From positions 1-25,363 of the forward strand of contig JANOQV010000093.1 in assembly GCA_031414955.1 (NCBI GenBank): a stretch of 25,363 nucleotides of DNA, in the 5' to 3' direction. The DNA is from Pedosphaera sp. GTDB taxonomy: Bacteria > Verrucomicrobiota > Verrucomicrobiia > Limisphaerales > SIBH01. Every line of letters begins with the position of its first letter. Within the stretch, counting starts at the first letter, position 1. Below the pieces are notes generated by a model. That model made no database searches. It was given only the letters and a program-made list of their open reading frames with translations, and was not told the DNA's origin. The translations under genes and the position numbers were made by a program. Below, piece by piece: positions 1 through 9,895 of the stretch.

Positions 1-1
1 A

Positions 2-1993
2 CTCGCCCCGCACTGCTGCAAGGTCACGCATCAGGCTCCGCACTGGAGCGCCAGCGGCGGACGAGTGCTCGTCGAGGAAGTCATCACCCTGCACGGGATG
101 GAAGTGCAGCGGCGCAAGGTCGCTTACGGGAACATCAACCCGAAGGACGCCACGGAGATCTTCATCCGTTCAGCGTTGGTGGAGGACAATCTGGAGCCGA
201 AGAACGTGGCGCGCCGGTCGCGCCCTTCGTCGTCACCGCTGGCCGACGACTTGGAGGATGAAGCGGAGGAGACCGCAGGTTCCGCATCCAACAAGAATTC
301 AGCCTATCGCTTCCTCGTCCACAACCGCGCGGTACGGCAGAAGATCGAGAACTGGCAGACCCGTGTCCGCCGATACGACTTCGCCGATTTGGATCAGGCG
401 CTGTTCGATTTTTACGCGAAGCACCTGGAGAATGTTTCCGGCACACACGACTTGAACCGCGTGATTCGCGAGCAGAGCAATCCGGAGTTCCTCTGCATCC
501 ACGAGGCCGATCTCGCGGGCGGGCCGGTGTCCAGCTATGACACGGAGGCTTTCCCCGACGCCTTGCCGGTGGGCGGCCAGCCCGTCGCGCTGGCCTACGC
601 CTACGCTCCGGGCGAAGACCACGACGGCGTAACCATCCAGCTTCCGTTCAGCCTGGCGCACTCGGCGTCCGCCGCAGTGCTCGAATGGGCCGTGCCTGGT
701 TTGCGCGAGGAAAAGATTGCCACGTTGCTGCGCGCGCTGCCCAAATCCATTCGCCGCGAGCTGATGCCGTTCCCGCCCAAGGTGGTGGAGATCGTGCGCG
801 ACTTTCAGCCGAGCGGCGCGTCGTTCCTCGCCGATCTCGGACGCTTCTTGCACGAGCATTATGGCGTGCCGGTGCCGGCCTCCGCCTGGCCCGCCGACGC
901 CATGCCGGCCCATCTGCGTCCGCGCATCGAGATCGTGAGTCACGACCAGAAGAAGCTTGCCGCCGGTCGCGACCTTGAGGAACTCCGCCGCAAGCTGGCG
1001 CAGGTGAAAGCCGAGCCAACGAAGGAGCCGGCGGCGTGGCAGCGCGTCGCGCAACAGTGGGAACGCTTCGACCTGCGCGGCTGGAGCAGCGGCGATCTGC
1101 CCGAGCGCGTCACCGTGAGCGAAGGCCCAGGCCTGCCGCTCTACGGATGGCCCGGTCTGCATTTCGAGGATGGCAGTGTGAACGTCCGCCTCTTCCGCAG
1201 CCAGGACGCCGCGCGCTCGGCTGGCATTTACGGCGTGCAGCGCCTCGTGGAACTGGCGATTGAGAAAGATCTCGCCTGGATCGAAAAAGATCTGCGCGCC
1301 TTGAAGCAGTTTGAACTGCTCTTCGCCCCGCTCGGCGACGGTGAGGTTTTGCGCGAAACCGCGCTCGAACATCTCAAGCGCCATCTCCTGCCCGCCGGGC
1401 CGCTGTCCGCGTTGAGCGCAGTGTGCTTCACCAGCGCGGTGGACCTCGCGCGCAGCCGCCTCGCGGGGCTGGTGCCGCCGTTTATCGAGCGCGTTGGACT
1501 GATTCTGCAACTGCGTCAGCAAGTGCAATTGCGCCTCGGTCCCGCCGCGCCCTCCGCACCGCCTCGTCCCAAGACCCTGAACCAATTCAGCCAACTCGGC
1601 GTGCCCGTGGTGAAGACGGTGAGTGGCCATCCGCTGGCCGGCGAACTCGCCGCGCTGCTGCCGCCACGCTTTCTGGAACAGATTCCGTTCGACCGCCTGC
1701 CGCATGTTCCGCGCTATCTCAAGGCACTGCTCACCCGTCTGGAACGCGCTGCGCTGAATCCCGCCAAGGATCTGGAGCGCGCCCGCCAGGTCGCGCCGTA
1801 CCAAGAATCGTGGAAGCAACTGCAAGCCGCGCCGCCTCGATCCAGCGAGGCGCGGCGGGAGATGGAGGAGTTCCGCTGGATGATTGAGGAATTCAAAGTC
1901 TCTCTCTTCGCCCAGGAACTTGGCACCGCCCAGCCTGTTTCGGCCAAGCGACTGGACGAGAAGCTGGCCCGCATCCGGCAGGCGGGCGGTTGA
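2..1993 (+). CDS. hrpA: ATP-dependent RNA helicase HrpA, C-terminal part (DUF3418 region); 5' end lies outside the window
   Basis: Frame is open from base 2 (LAPHCCKVTHQAPHWS...GRVLVEEVITLHG). Motifs EIFIRSALVE, YAPGEDHDGVT, LEWAVPGLREEKIATLLRALPKSIRR and EFRWMIEEFKVSLFAQELGTAQPVSAKRL match the HrpA C-terminus. Confidence 0.92.
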   Translation, partial: LAPHCCKVTHQAPHWSASGGRVLVEEVITLHGMEVQRRKVAYGNINPKDATEIFIRSALVEDNLEPKNVARRSRPSSSPLADDLEDEAEETAGSASNKNSAYRFLVHNRAVRQKIENWQTRVRRYDFADLDQALFDFYAKHLENVSGTHDLNRVIREQSNPEFLCIHEADLAGGPVSSYDTEAFPDALPVGGQPVALAYAYAPGEDHDGVTIQLPFSLAHSASAAVLEWAVPGLREEKIATLLRALPKSIRRELMPFPPKVVEIVRDFQPSGASFLADLGRFLHEHYGVPVPASAWPADAMPAHLRPRIEIVSHDQKKLAAGRDLEELRRKLAQVKAEPTKEPAAWQRVAQQWERFDLRGWSSGDLPERVTVSEGPGLPLYGWPGLHFEDGSVNVRLFRSQDAARSAGIYGVQRLVELAIEKDLAWIEKDLRALKQFELLFAPLGDGEVLRETALEHLKRHLLPAGPLSALSAVCFTSAVDLARSRLAGLVPPFIERVGLILQLRQQVQLRLGPAAPSAPPRPKTLNQFSQLGVPVVKTVSGHPLAGELAALLPPRFLEQIPFDRLPHVPRYLKALLTRLERAALNPAKDLERARQVAPYQESWKQLQAAPPRSSEARREMEEFRWMIEEFKVSLFAQELGTAQPVSAKRLDEKLARIRQAGG

Positions 1994-2089
1994 CGGGGTT
2001 GCAACGCGGCGCCGCCGCCTTTCGTTGACCATTGGCCGGCAGGCTCTAAGAATTCATCCCGTTCCCCATCGTCGTGGGACAAATGTTGC

Positions 2090-3016
2090 ATGAATAGTGA
2101 TCCAGGAGATGCCTCCTCGCCGCGCCGCCGCCTGCCGAGGTCGTTCAAGGAACTGACCCCGAGCAATCATTTCAATCCGCGCACGTTTTTCTACGAGATG
2201 GTCTGGAAGGCCTGGCTCACGCCGCGGCACGGCGAGTGCCGCAAACCGGTCTTTCCCAAGCTGGAGTACGGCAAGGTGGCCATCACTTGGATTGGCCACG
2301 CTTCGTTCCTGGTGCAGTTCAACGATCTGAACGTGCTCATCGATCCGAATTTCGCGAACTGGCTTTTCCTGCTCAAGCGGATGAAGCGCGCGGGCTGCCG
2401 CATCGAAGATTTGCCGCCCATCGATCTGGTGCTGCTCACCCACGCGCACTTTGATCATTTCCACAAGCCGACTTTGCGTCGGCTGCCCTCGCCGCAGATC
2501 GGCGTGATGCCGTGGGGTGTGGGCGACCTGGCGCGCGACCTGGGCTTCGGGCGCATCGTGGAGTTGCAGAAGTGGGAGAGCTTTTCCCACGACGACTGGA
2601 AGGTGACGCTCACGCCGTGCAAACACTGGGGAGCGCGCACCCTTCGCGGTGCGCATCGCGGCTACGGCGGCTTCGTGCTCGAGCACCAGGGACGGCGCAT
2701 CTATCACGCCGGGGACAGCGCCTACTTCGAGGGCTTCAAGGATATTGGGGAGCGGTTGCAGCCGGAGATCGCGCTGCTGCCCATCGGGGCGTATTACCCG
2801 GACTCGTTCCGCAACGTCCACATGGGACCGGACGAGGCGCTGAAAGTGTTTCGTGATTTGGGCGCGCAGTGGTTTGTGCCCATGCACTTCGGCACGTTCA
2901 AGTTGTCCTTTGAGGATTTGTCCGAGCCGCCGCGCTGGCTGCGGGAACTGGCCGCGCAAAACGGCCTGAGCCATCATGTGCGGATGCTGGAGGAGGGCGT
3001 GCCGGAGGTGTTTTGA
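2090..3016 (+). CDS. MBL-fold metallo-hydrolase (NAPE-PLD/RomA-like, COG2220)
   Basis: ITWIGHASFLVQ, LIDP, THAHFDH (HxHxDH), PCKHWG, YHAGDSAY, LPIGAY, PMHFGTF. Confidence 0.9.
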   Translation: MNSDPGDASSPRRRLPRSFKELTPSNHFNPRTFFYEMVWKAWLTPRHGECRKPVFPKLEYGKVAITWIGHASFLVQFNDLNVLIDPNFANWLFLLKRMKRAGCRIEDLPPIDLVLLTHAHFDHFHKPTLRRLPSPQIGVMPWGVGDLARDLGFGRIVELQKWESFSHDDWKVTLTPCKHWGARTLRGAHRGYGGFVLEHQGRRIYHAGDSAYFEGFKDIGERLQPEIALLPIGAYYPDSFRNVHMGPDEALKVFRDLGAQWFVPMHFGTFKLSFEDLSEPPRWLRELAAQNGLSHHVRMLEEGVPEVF

Positions 3017-3103
3017 GCCGGCACGCCATTGAAACGCCCTCGAACTGCACCCGTCCACGCCTCTAATTCCGGGCGCGTCTTGACCCCCCCCTGCCGTCTC
3101 GAA

Positions 3104-3200
3104 AGCGGCGCTGAGGCGACCGCACTCCAAACGCTGGGGCGCAGGACCGGACGCCTCGTGTTGCGCAGAGCGTTTGGAATGCGGTCGCTTCAGGGCCGCT
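3104..3200. repeat. REP/REPIN-like inverted-repeat doublet (family A)
   Basis: Arms 3104-3135 and 3169-3200 are 29/32 reverse-complementary, each with an internal imperfect hairpin and a GGAG/GGAA foot. Intergenic. Confidence 0.8.
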
Positions 3201-3355
3201 GTTTCTTCACCCGTCGAGAGGCGCAAAGTTCGGCGATCCTTCCGGGGGCAGGCGCGATTTTGGCGGAAGGAATTTTCCGTTGCCGAGTCTCGCGCCCCTC
3301 GCTACGGTGCGGCCGCGCCTAACGGTGGCGTCACCCGCGACCAGGGTTTTTTCTT

Positions 3356-5488
3356 ATGGCAAACACACCATTACCAACAACCGAATTGAACGTACTTGTG
3401 GAGGGCCTGAACCGGCTGGCCCGGAATCTTTGGGCCACCTGGGAACAGGACGCCGTGGAAGTCTTCGCCCAGCTTTCGCCGCGGGCCTGGCAGAACCTCT
3501 ACCACAATCCGGTGGCCATCCTGCACGAGGTCTCCGACCAGGAGCTGCGGGCGCGGTTGCAGGACACGGAGTTCGCCGAGAAGGTGCGCCGGGCCATCCA
3601 CAAGCTCGACGCCTATCTGGGCGACCAGAACACTTGGGGCCGGCAGAACGTGCCGCAACTCTTCACCAACCCGGTGGCCTATTTCACCGCCGAGTTTGGT
3701 TTCCACGAGACGCTGCCCATCGCGGCCGGCGGTCTGGGCGTGCTGGCCGGAGATCATCTGAAGTCGGCCAGCGATCTCGGGCTGGGGCTGGTCGGCATCA
3801 GCTTGTTCTACCGCGAGGGTTATTTCATGCAGGCCATCGACCACGAGAACTGGCAGGTCGATTACTACCGCTTGCTCAACCCGCGCAACCTGCCCATGAC
3901 CCCGGTGCTCGACGCCCAGGGCGACCCGCTGGTCTGCACGGTCGATATCGGATTCACCACGGTTCATTTCCAGGCCTGGAAGGTGAAGATCGGCCGCTGC
4001 GATGTTTATCTGATCGATGCCAACCGCCCGGAGAACGAGCAGACCTATCGCAATCTCACCCTGCGCGTTTACGGCGGGGACAGCACCACGCGCATCATGC
4101 AGGAAATTCTGCTCGGCGTCGGCGGCGTGCGGTTGCTGCGCAAGCTGGGGCTTGCGCCCTCCGTGTTCCACATGAACGAAGGGCACGCGGCGTTCCTGAC
4201 CCTGGAACTGATGCGCGAAAAGATGGCGGGCGGAAAAAACTTCTCCGACGCTCAGGCCGCGACCAAGCGCGAGTGCATCTTCACCACGCACACGCCGGTC
4301 GAAGCGGGCCACGATCGTTTTTCGCCGGACCTGATGCACTTCGCCATGCCCAAGCTGCAATCCTCGCTGGGGCTGGATCTGGCCGGTTTGATGGCGCTCG
4401 GGCGCGTGCATCCGACCAGCACTCAAGAGCCGTTCTGCATGACCGTGCTGGCGCTCAAATGCTCCCGCTCGGCCAACGGCGTGAGCGAGTTGCACGGCCA
4501 GGTGAGTCGCGAGATGTGGCATGAACTTTATCCCGCCGGCTCGGTGGCGCAGGTGCCCATCGGCCACATCACCAACGGCGTGCATATCCCCGGCTGGATC
4601 AAGGGCACCCAGCGGCGCTGGCTCCGGCGCAAGCTCGGCCCCGAGGCCGATAAGGACATCAACTCCAAGGAATACTGGGCGCGGCTGGCCGATCCGGCCG
4701 TGACCAGCGACGAGGAGATTTGGGCCATGCGCTACAACCTGCGGCGCGAGCTGATGGAGTTCGCCCGCCGACGCCTCCTGCTCCAGGGCCAGCGCGTGAG
4801 CCACGAGGATTTCATCTCCTACGATCAGTTGCTGAATCCCGACGCGCTGACCATCGGCTTCGCGCGCCGTTTCGCGACCTACAAGCGCGCTCCGCTCATC
4901 TTCGATCGCTTCGACGAAGTGGTGAAGCTGGTCAAGGATTCCGCCCGTCCGGTCCAGTTCATCTTCGCCGGCAAGGCCCATCCGCGGGACGATGAAGGCA
5001 AGCGTTACATCCAGCGCATCATCCATCTGAGCAAGTTCAGCGAGTTGAAGGGGCATCTCGTCTTCATCGAGAATTACGACATCCATGTCGCGCGCCAGAT
5101 GGTCAGCGGCTGTGACGTGTGGTTGAACAACCCGCGCCGTCCGCTCGAAGCTTCCGGCACCAGCGGCCAGAAGTGCGGCGCGCACGGCTGCCTGAACATG
5201 AGCATCCTCGACGGGTGGTGGCGGGAAGGCTACGACGGCACGAACGGTTTCGCCGTCGGCGCTGATTCGCACCCGGCCTCCATCGATGAGCAAGACCTTC
5301 AGGATGCGGCCAATCTCTACACCACGCTGACCGAGCAGGTGATTCCCACCTTCTTCGACCGCGACGCCCAGGGTCTGCCCCGCAAGTGGATTCAGAAGAT
5401 TCGCCGCGCGATGATCACCCTGGTGCCGGAGTTCAACACCTGGCGCATGGTGCAGGATTACACGCGGAAGTACTACGCGCCGAAGTGA
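3356..5488 (+). CDS. glgP: Alpha-glucan (glycogen/maltodextrin) phosphorylase, GT35
   Basis: VAYFTAEFG, GGLGVLAGDHLKSASDLG, HMNEGH, FTTHTPV, ITNGVH, GFARRFATYKR, and the PLP-lysine motif EASGTSGQK. Confidence 0.96.
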   Translation: MANTPLPTTELNVLVEGLNRLARNLWATWEQDAVEVFAQLSPRAWQNLYHNPVAILHEVSDQELRARLQDTEFAEKVRRAIHKLDAYLGDQNTWGRQNVPQLFTNPVAYFTAEFGFHETLPIAAGGLGVLAGDHLKSASDLGLGLVGISLFYREGYFMQAIDHENWQVDYYRLLNPRNLPMTPVLDAQGDPLVCTVDIGFTTVHFQAWKVKIGRCDVYLIDANRPENEQTYRNLTLRVYGGDSTTRIMQEILLGVGGVRLLRKLGLAPSVFHMNEGHAAFLTLELMREKMAGGKNFSDAQAATKRECIFTTHTPVEAGHDRFSPDLMHFAMPKLQSSLGLDLAGLMALGRVHPTSTQEPFCMTVLALKCSRSANGVSELHGQVSREMWHELYPAGSVAQVPIGHITNGVHIPGWIKGTQRRWLRRKLGPEADKDINSKEYWARLADPAVTSDEEIWAMRYNLRRELMEFARRRLLLQGQRVSHEDFISYDQLLNPDALTIGFARRFATYKRAPLIFDRFDEVVKLVKDSARPVQFIFAGKAHPRDDEGKRYIQRIIHLSKFSELKGHLVFIENYDIHVARQMVSGCDVWLNNPRRPLEASGTSGQKCGAHGCLNMSILDGWWREGYDGTNGFAVGADSHPASIDEQDLQDAANLYTTLTEQVIPTFFDRDAQGLPRKWIQKIRRAMITLVPEFNTWRMVQDYTRKYYAPK

Positions 5489-5504
5489 GGGGGGAGCGGG
5501 GCGC

Positions 5505-5668
5505 AAATTCCAAAACCCAAATCCCAAACAAGGTCCAGGCCCCTAAACTCCAAACTCAAGGTCTGGCGTGAGGTGCCGGAACTCTCGTGCTGAACAGGCG
5601 GATTAGACCGGGCCGCGTTTTTGGAATTTAGACTTTGGAATTTGTTTGGGATTTGGGATTTGGGATTT
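5505..5668. repeat. Inverted-repeat element built from 7-nt units (AAATCCC/AAATTCC) (family B)
   Basis: Left arm 5505-5554 (aaattcc aaaaccc aaatccc aaacaa...) and right arm 5620-5668 (...tttgggatttgggatttgggattt) are imperfect reverse complements. AT-rich relative to the flanks. Confidence 0.8.
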
Positions 5669-5711
5669 TCTTCCGTGAGCATGGCCTGGTTCTCCGCTAC
5701 GCTCCACGAAC

Positions 5712-6521
5712 ATGAAACGCATCGCCGGTCTTTTCGCGCTGGGTTTTTCCTGCGCCGCGCTGGCCGCGCAGCTTCAAGTCGCCTGGACCAACAACCTGTT
5801 GAGCGTCACCGGCACAAACCTGCCCGGCGGCCAGATCGACGTCTGGTATCTCGAAGCCTTTTGTCGGCCTGGAGCGCATGATCGCGACTGGCGGCAGACC
5901 ACCCTGCCCCACAAGACAACCTTGCTGACCAACGAGCTTAACCGCGTGCTGCGTTTCCGCACCCTCGTCCAGACGAACGTGGAGGTGACTCATGTCGTCA
6001 CGGCGGGCGCGGATGAAATTGATTTCCGCTTCACGTTGATCAATCGGAGCCGCGAGGACATCGACGTGCAATGGTTCCAGCCCGCCTGCATTCGCGTGGA
6101 AAAATTCACCGGCTGCGTCCAGAGCAACTACACCGCGAAGTCGTTTGTCTTCACCGAACGCGGCCTGACCACGCTCGACCAGACACGGCGCACGGAGGAC
6201 GCGCTCTATCGCGGCGGGCAGGTCTATGTCATGCCGGGCGTCGAGCTGCGCGATGCCAATCCGCGTCCGCTGTCCCTCAACCGTCCGGTGAACGGTCTCA
6301 TCGGCTGCTTCAGCGCGGATGGCCGGCAGTTGCTGGCCACAGCTTCGAGCGCGACCCACGAACTGTTCGAGGGCGTGTATGTGTGCCTGCACAGCGACCC
6401 GCGCATCGGCGGCTTGAAGGCGGGCGAGACGAAGACGATTCACGCCAAGCTCTACGTGCTGACCAACGACGTGCCGGCGCTGTTGCGGCGCTACCAGAAA
6501 GATTTTCCCCCAGGGCGCTAG
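5712..6521 (+). CDS. Secreted hypothetical protein
   Basis: 269 aa, Sec-type signal peptide (MKRIAGLFALGFSCAALAA), coding-like codon usage, beta-rich appearance. No family recognised. Confidence 0.75.
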   Translation: MKRIAGLFALGFSCAALAAQLQVAWTNNLLSVTGTNLPGGQIDVWYLEAFCRPGAHDRDWRQTTLPHKTTLLTNELNRVLRFRTLVQTNVEVTHVVTAGADEIDFRFTLINRSREDIDVQWFQPACIRVEKFTGCVQSNYTAKSFVFTERGLTTLDQTRRTEDALYRGGQVYVMPGVELRDANPRPLSLNRPVNGLIGCFSADGRQLLATASSATHELFEGVYVCLHSDPRIGGLKAGETKTIHAKLYVLTNDVPALLRRYQKDFPPGR

Positions 6522-6569
6522 ACCGGAACGGAGGCGCCCGGGAGCGTCTTGCTTCTGGCCGGGCGCAGG

Positions 6570-8117
6570 CTATTCGCCGCGGAGGGCCGGCTTCAGGGTC
6601 CAGGCTTGCAGCCGGGCGACTTCGAGAACTTTGGGCGCACGGAAACCTTCCTTGTGGATGACCCAGCCGCCGAACAGTCCTGGCGTGTCCTGAGCCACGC
6701 GGCTGGCCGCGAGCAGGGCGGTATTTTTGCTGAAGGCCACGCCCTCGCGCGGCACCTCGCCGCTGCGACGACGCAAATCATAGGTGCCCGCCAGCGCGAT
6801 CAGAAAATCTTCCGGGGCCACCGTCTCCGTGCCCACGAAGACGCGCGCCGGCACACGCCGGTGCCGCCGCACGAACTGACGCACGTCCAGCACTGTGTCG
6901 CGGAAGGCCGGCCAAGGAAAAACCTGGGCTGGACCGTTGGTCGGCGCGGCGCTGTCCGGGCCGAGGAGTCCGCGGGCCAAGATCGGGAAGGCCAGCTTCT
7001 TGGTCTCGGAAAACTGAGCCACCGCCAGCGTGAGCAGCTCGAACTGGTCCGCCACCGAAAACGATTTCCCGCCCACAAGCTGGAAATTCAGCCCATTCGT
7101 TCCGGTGAGGATGCGACGGGCCAGTTCGCCCAGTTCGGCTTCAGTCACACCGGCACGGCGCACCGCGTCGGGATAAATCCCAGGCAGATCGCTGGCCGTG
7201 ATGAAGCGCACGCCGGGCGTGGCGCGGAGGTGATCGAGGTATTGCCCGAAGCGCTGGAAGGCTGCGTCCGTCTCCCCGGCGGTGCGCTGCGCTGGCGCTT
7301 TCCATTGCTCGCGCGGCGGATTGGCTCCGCGCGAAAAATTCACCCCATCCCAGAACTCCCGATGCACCCATTCGCATGGATGATAGAAGATGCTGATGAG
7401 GCCGCCGCCGTCCTGCTGCGCGAGGCGTGCGGCCATGGCGGTGAATTCTTTTTTAGCCGGTTCGACGACGGCGGGATCGTGCAACTCCATCCGGGTGTAG
7501 CCCCGCCCACGACCCATGTTGAAGACGTTCAAGGCATTGGCGTACCAAAAGGGTTTGTTGTTCAGCCCGATGTGCGAACCTTCATCGACATAACAAGGCA
7601 CGCCCGACGGCGCGACGCCGATGCGCCTCAACGCGGCCACCGTCTGCGGCCCCCACGATGAGCCGGGCTGGCCGTAACAGGAGAGCGTCTCCACCCGGAA
7701 AATGCGGCGCACGTCCGCCGCGCCGTCGCCTTCGCGCCGGACAAACTCCGCCATGCCGTCGAGCAGGCCGCAGTCGGCGAGATACTCCGTGGGCGTGGGA
7801 TGCACGGAATGGAAATCCGAGTGGTAACCGATGTCGTGCTGGCGCAACGCGGCGATGACGTCGCGCCGTTTTCGTTGCTCCAGCACGCGCGCCTTCTCGC
7901 CCACCACCTTGAAGGTGGCGCGGATGCCGCGCTCTTGCATCATCGTCGCCAGCCGCAGGCAGGCGTCGTCATCCGCCGGCAGCAAATAATCCTCGGTGTC
8001 GAACCAGAGGATGATGTCGATGCGAGGCGGGACGGCTTTCTCCGCGGCGCGCAGTGTGGACAGGGCGAGCGAGGCGGCGACGAGGCCGATCAACAGCACA
8101 GGCGGTCGGAAGTTCAT
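6570..8117 (-). CDS. Exported polysaccharide deacetylase-like protein (CE4/NodB superfamily)
   Basis: Start placed at ATG 8117 (MNFRPPVLLIGLVAASLAL, signal peptide). Motifs LWFDTED, RATFKVVG, HDIGYHSDFHSVHP, IFYHPCEW. Confidence 0.72.
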   Translation of the reverse strand: MNFRPPVLLIGLVAASLALSTLRAAEKAVPPRIDIILWFDTEDYLLPADDDACLRLATMMQERGIRATFKVVGEKARVLEQRKRRDVIAALRQHDIGYHSDFHSVHPTPTEYLADCGLLDGMAEFVRREGDGAADVRRIFRVETLSCYGQPGSSWGPQTVAALRRIGVAPSGVPCYVDEGSHIGLNNKPFWYANALNVFNMGRGRGYTRMELHDPAVVEPAKKEFTAMAARLAQQDGGGLISIFYHPCEWVHREFWDGVNFSRGANPPREQWKAPAQRTAGETDAAFQRFGQYLDHLRATPGVRFITASDLPGIYPDAVRRAGVTEAELGELARRILTGTNGLNFQLVGGKSFSVADQFELLTLAVAQFSETKKLAFPILARGLLGPDSAAPTNGPAQVFPWPAFRDTVLDVRQFVRRHRRVPARVFVGTETVAPEDFLIALAGTYDLRRRSGEVPREGVAFSKNTALLAASRVAQDTPGLFGGWVIHKEGFRAPKVLEVARLQAWTLKPALRGE

Positions 8118-8369
8118 GACGGTGTTATGCCGGACGGCGGTGGGAAAAGCCAGCGCGTCGCGGCAATCTGGCGCTTCGCAGCATTTGGGCAACACTCCCT
8201 CGGGAGTAATACCAGCGTTTCACCCTTCAGGCTGGAGACTCGCCCGTCTCCTGTTCATGACACCTTAGAAAATAGGCCGCGCGCGACTGCGAAATGATAC
8301 GGCCAGCGGCCTAATTCGGCGTCCCGCCCGAGCAGCATTGTTCTTCGCCGGAAATATTTTTCGCTTTCG

Positions 8370-8396
8370 TGCATCCGCTGGCGTGGTGCGCGCGTA
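8370..8396 (+). promoter_or_regulatory. Putative ECF sigma promoter TGCATCCG-N15-CGTA upstream of the TPR/DUF4331 operon
   Basis: Same motif and spacing recur at 12873-12899 before the ECF sigma gene. It resembles the TGATCC...CGTA-type promoters of SigE/ChrR systems. The ATG follows 13 nt after the -10 box. Confidence 0.7.
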
Positions 8397-8409
8397 GCTC
8401 TCTCCGAAC

Positions 8410-9849
8410 ATGAAGACGATTATGAGCGCCGACAGAATTTCATTCCTCATTCCCGCACCGTTCCTCCGTGGCGGTTCACGGTCGCGCCGGGTGAGGCAAC
8501 TCGGCGGCGTGGCGTTCTTGCTGGCGGCCCTGCTCGCCACCTCCTGCCGGCAACAGGCCGTCGTCCGGCAAGCCGACTCCCCGCCCCGCCCCGAAGGGAT
8601 CGATCCGATGACGCTGGTACTCACGCCCCAAACCGGCGCAGGGAAAACGGATCAGGAGATTGCGCGACGCCAGCAGGAGGTGCGTGACGGCAAGAGCACG
8701 GAGCTGGCGCTGGAGCGGCTCGGGTGGGCGTTCGTGGCCAAGGCGCGGGAAACTTTTGACGCGGGCTTCTACAAACTCGCCGAGCAGTGCGCGCTGGCGC
8801 TCGAACAGCACCAGCCGCAACACCACGGGGCCGGGCTGTTGCGCGGACACGCTTTGCACAACCTGCACCGGTTCAAGGAGGCCGAGCTGCTGGCGAATCA
8901 GTTGGTGGCGCAGCGAGGTTCGCCGCTTGATTTCGGTTTGTTGGGCGACGTGCTGCTCGATCAAGGCCGGCTCGCGGAAGCCATCGCGGCCTACCAGAGC
9001 ATGGCCGATCTCAAGCCCGATGCCCAGGCGCACGTCCGCATCGCGCAGGTGCGCTGGTTGAAGGGGGACGTGGAGGGCGCGATCGAGGCGATGCAGGTCG
9101 CGGCGGGCGCGGCCGGGTCGCGGGCCGGGGAAATGAGCGCCTGGGTCCTGGCCCGGTTGGCCGGATTCCAGTGGCAGGCGGGCGCGCTGGGCGAGGCGCG
9201 TGAGTCCTGCGCGGCCGCGCTGGCTGCCCAGCCTGACTACGCCCCGGCGCTGCTGCTGCGCGGGCGGATGTGGCTGGCGGAGGGAAAATCCTCCGAGGCC
9301 GCCGAGATTCTGGCGCGCGCGGCCGCGCTGAATCCGCTGCCCGAACACCAGTGGGCCTGGGCCGACGCCTTGCGCGAAGCGGGGCGAAGCGGCGAGGCCC
9401 AGGCGGTGGAGGAAAAGCTGCGCCGGCAGGGCGCGATGGAAGACCCACGTTCGTTCGCGCTTTTCCTCGCCACGCGCGGCGAGTCACTTGAAACCGCCCT
9501 GCGCCTGGCCAAGAGCGAACTTGAATTCCGCCGCGACGTGCTCACCCACGACGCCGTGGCCTGGGCGCTGACCGGCGCGGGGAAACATGCCGAAGCGCAG
9601 TCCGAGATGGAGCGTGCCCTGGCTGAAGGCACCGAAGACGCGCGCCTGTTCTTCCACGCCGCCGTGATCGCGGCTCGCAACGGCCGCCTCACCGAAGCGC
9701 GGCAGTGGTCCGAGAAAACCAGCCGCCTCGCGCATCTGCTCCTGCCCTCCGAGCGCCAGCAATTCCAGGCCGCCGCCTCCGACCTCGCCCAGCGCGCGGC
9801 CGGGCCAGCCCAGGCGGCGACGGCTTCACTTTCCACCCGCGTGAACTGA
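8410..9849 (+). CDS. Tetratricopeptide-repeat protein, membrane-anchored or possible lipoprotein
   Basis: Multiple TPR-like helical repeats (LLGDVLLDQGRLAEAIAAYQ, YAPALLLRGRMWLAEGKSSEAAEILARA). N-terminal hydrophobic stretch ends in LLATSC. Exact start uncertain. Confidence 0.85.
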   Translation: MKTIMSADRISFLIPAPFLRGGSRSRRVRQLGGVAFLLAALLATSCRQQAVVRQADSPPRPEGIDPMTLVLTPQTGAGKTDQEIARRQQEVRDGKSTELALERLGWAFVAKARETFDAGFYKLAEQCALALEQHQPQHHGAGLLRGHALHNLHRFKEAELLANQLVAQRGSPLDFGLLGDVLLDQGRLAEAIAAYQSMADLKPDAQAHVRIAQVRWLKGDVEGAIEAMQVAAGAAGSRAGEMSAWVLARLAGFQWQAGALGEARESCAAALAAQPDYAPALLLRGRMWLAEGKSSEAAEILARAAALNPLPEHQWAWADALREAGRSGEAQAVEEKLRRQGAMEDPRSFALFLATRGESLETALRLAKSELEFRRDVLTHDAVAWALTGAGKHAEAQSEMERALAEGTEDARLFFHAAVIAARNGRLTEARQWSEKTSRLAHLLLPSERQQFQAAASDLAQRAAGPAQAATASLSTRVN

Positions 9850-9895
9850 ATTGCGCGGACCTGGATCAACAACGAAACCAAAACATAGAAATAAA

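Noticed and set aside
4407..4433. TGCATCCG inside glgP
   Set aside because: Intragenic, and there is no matching -10 box at the required spacing.
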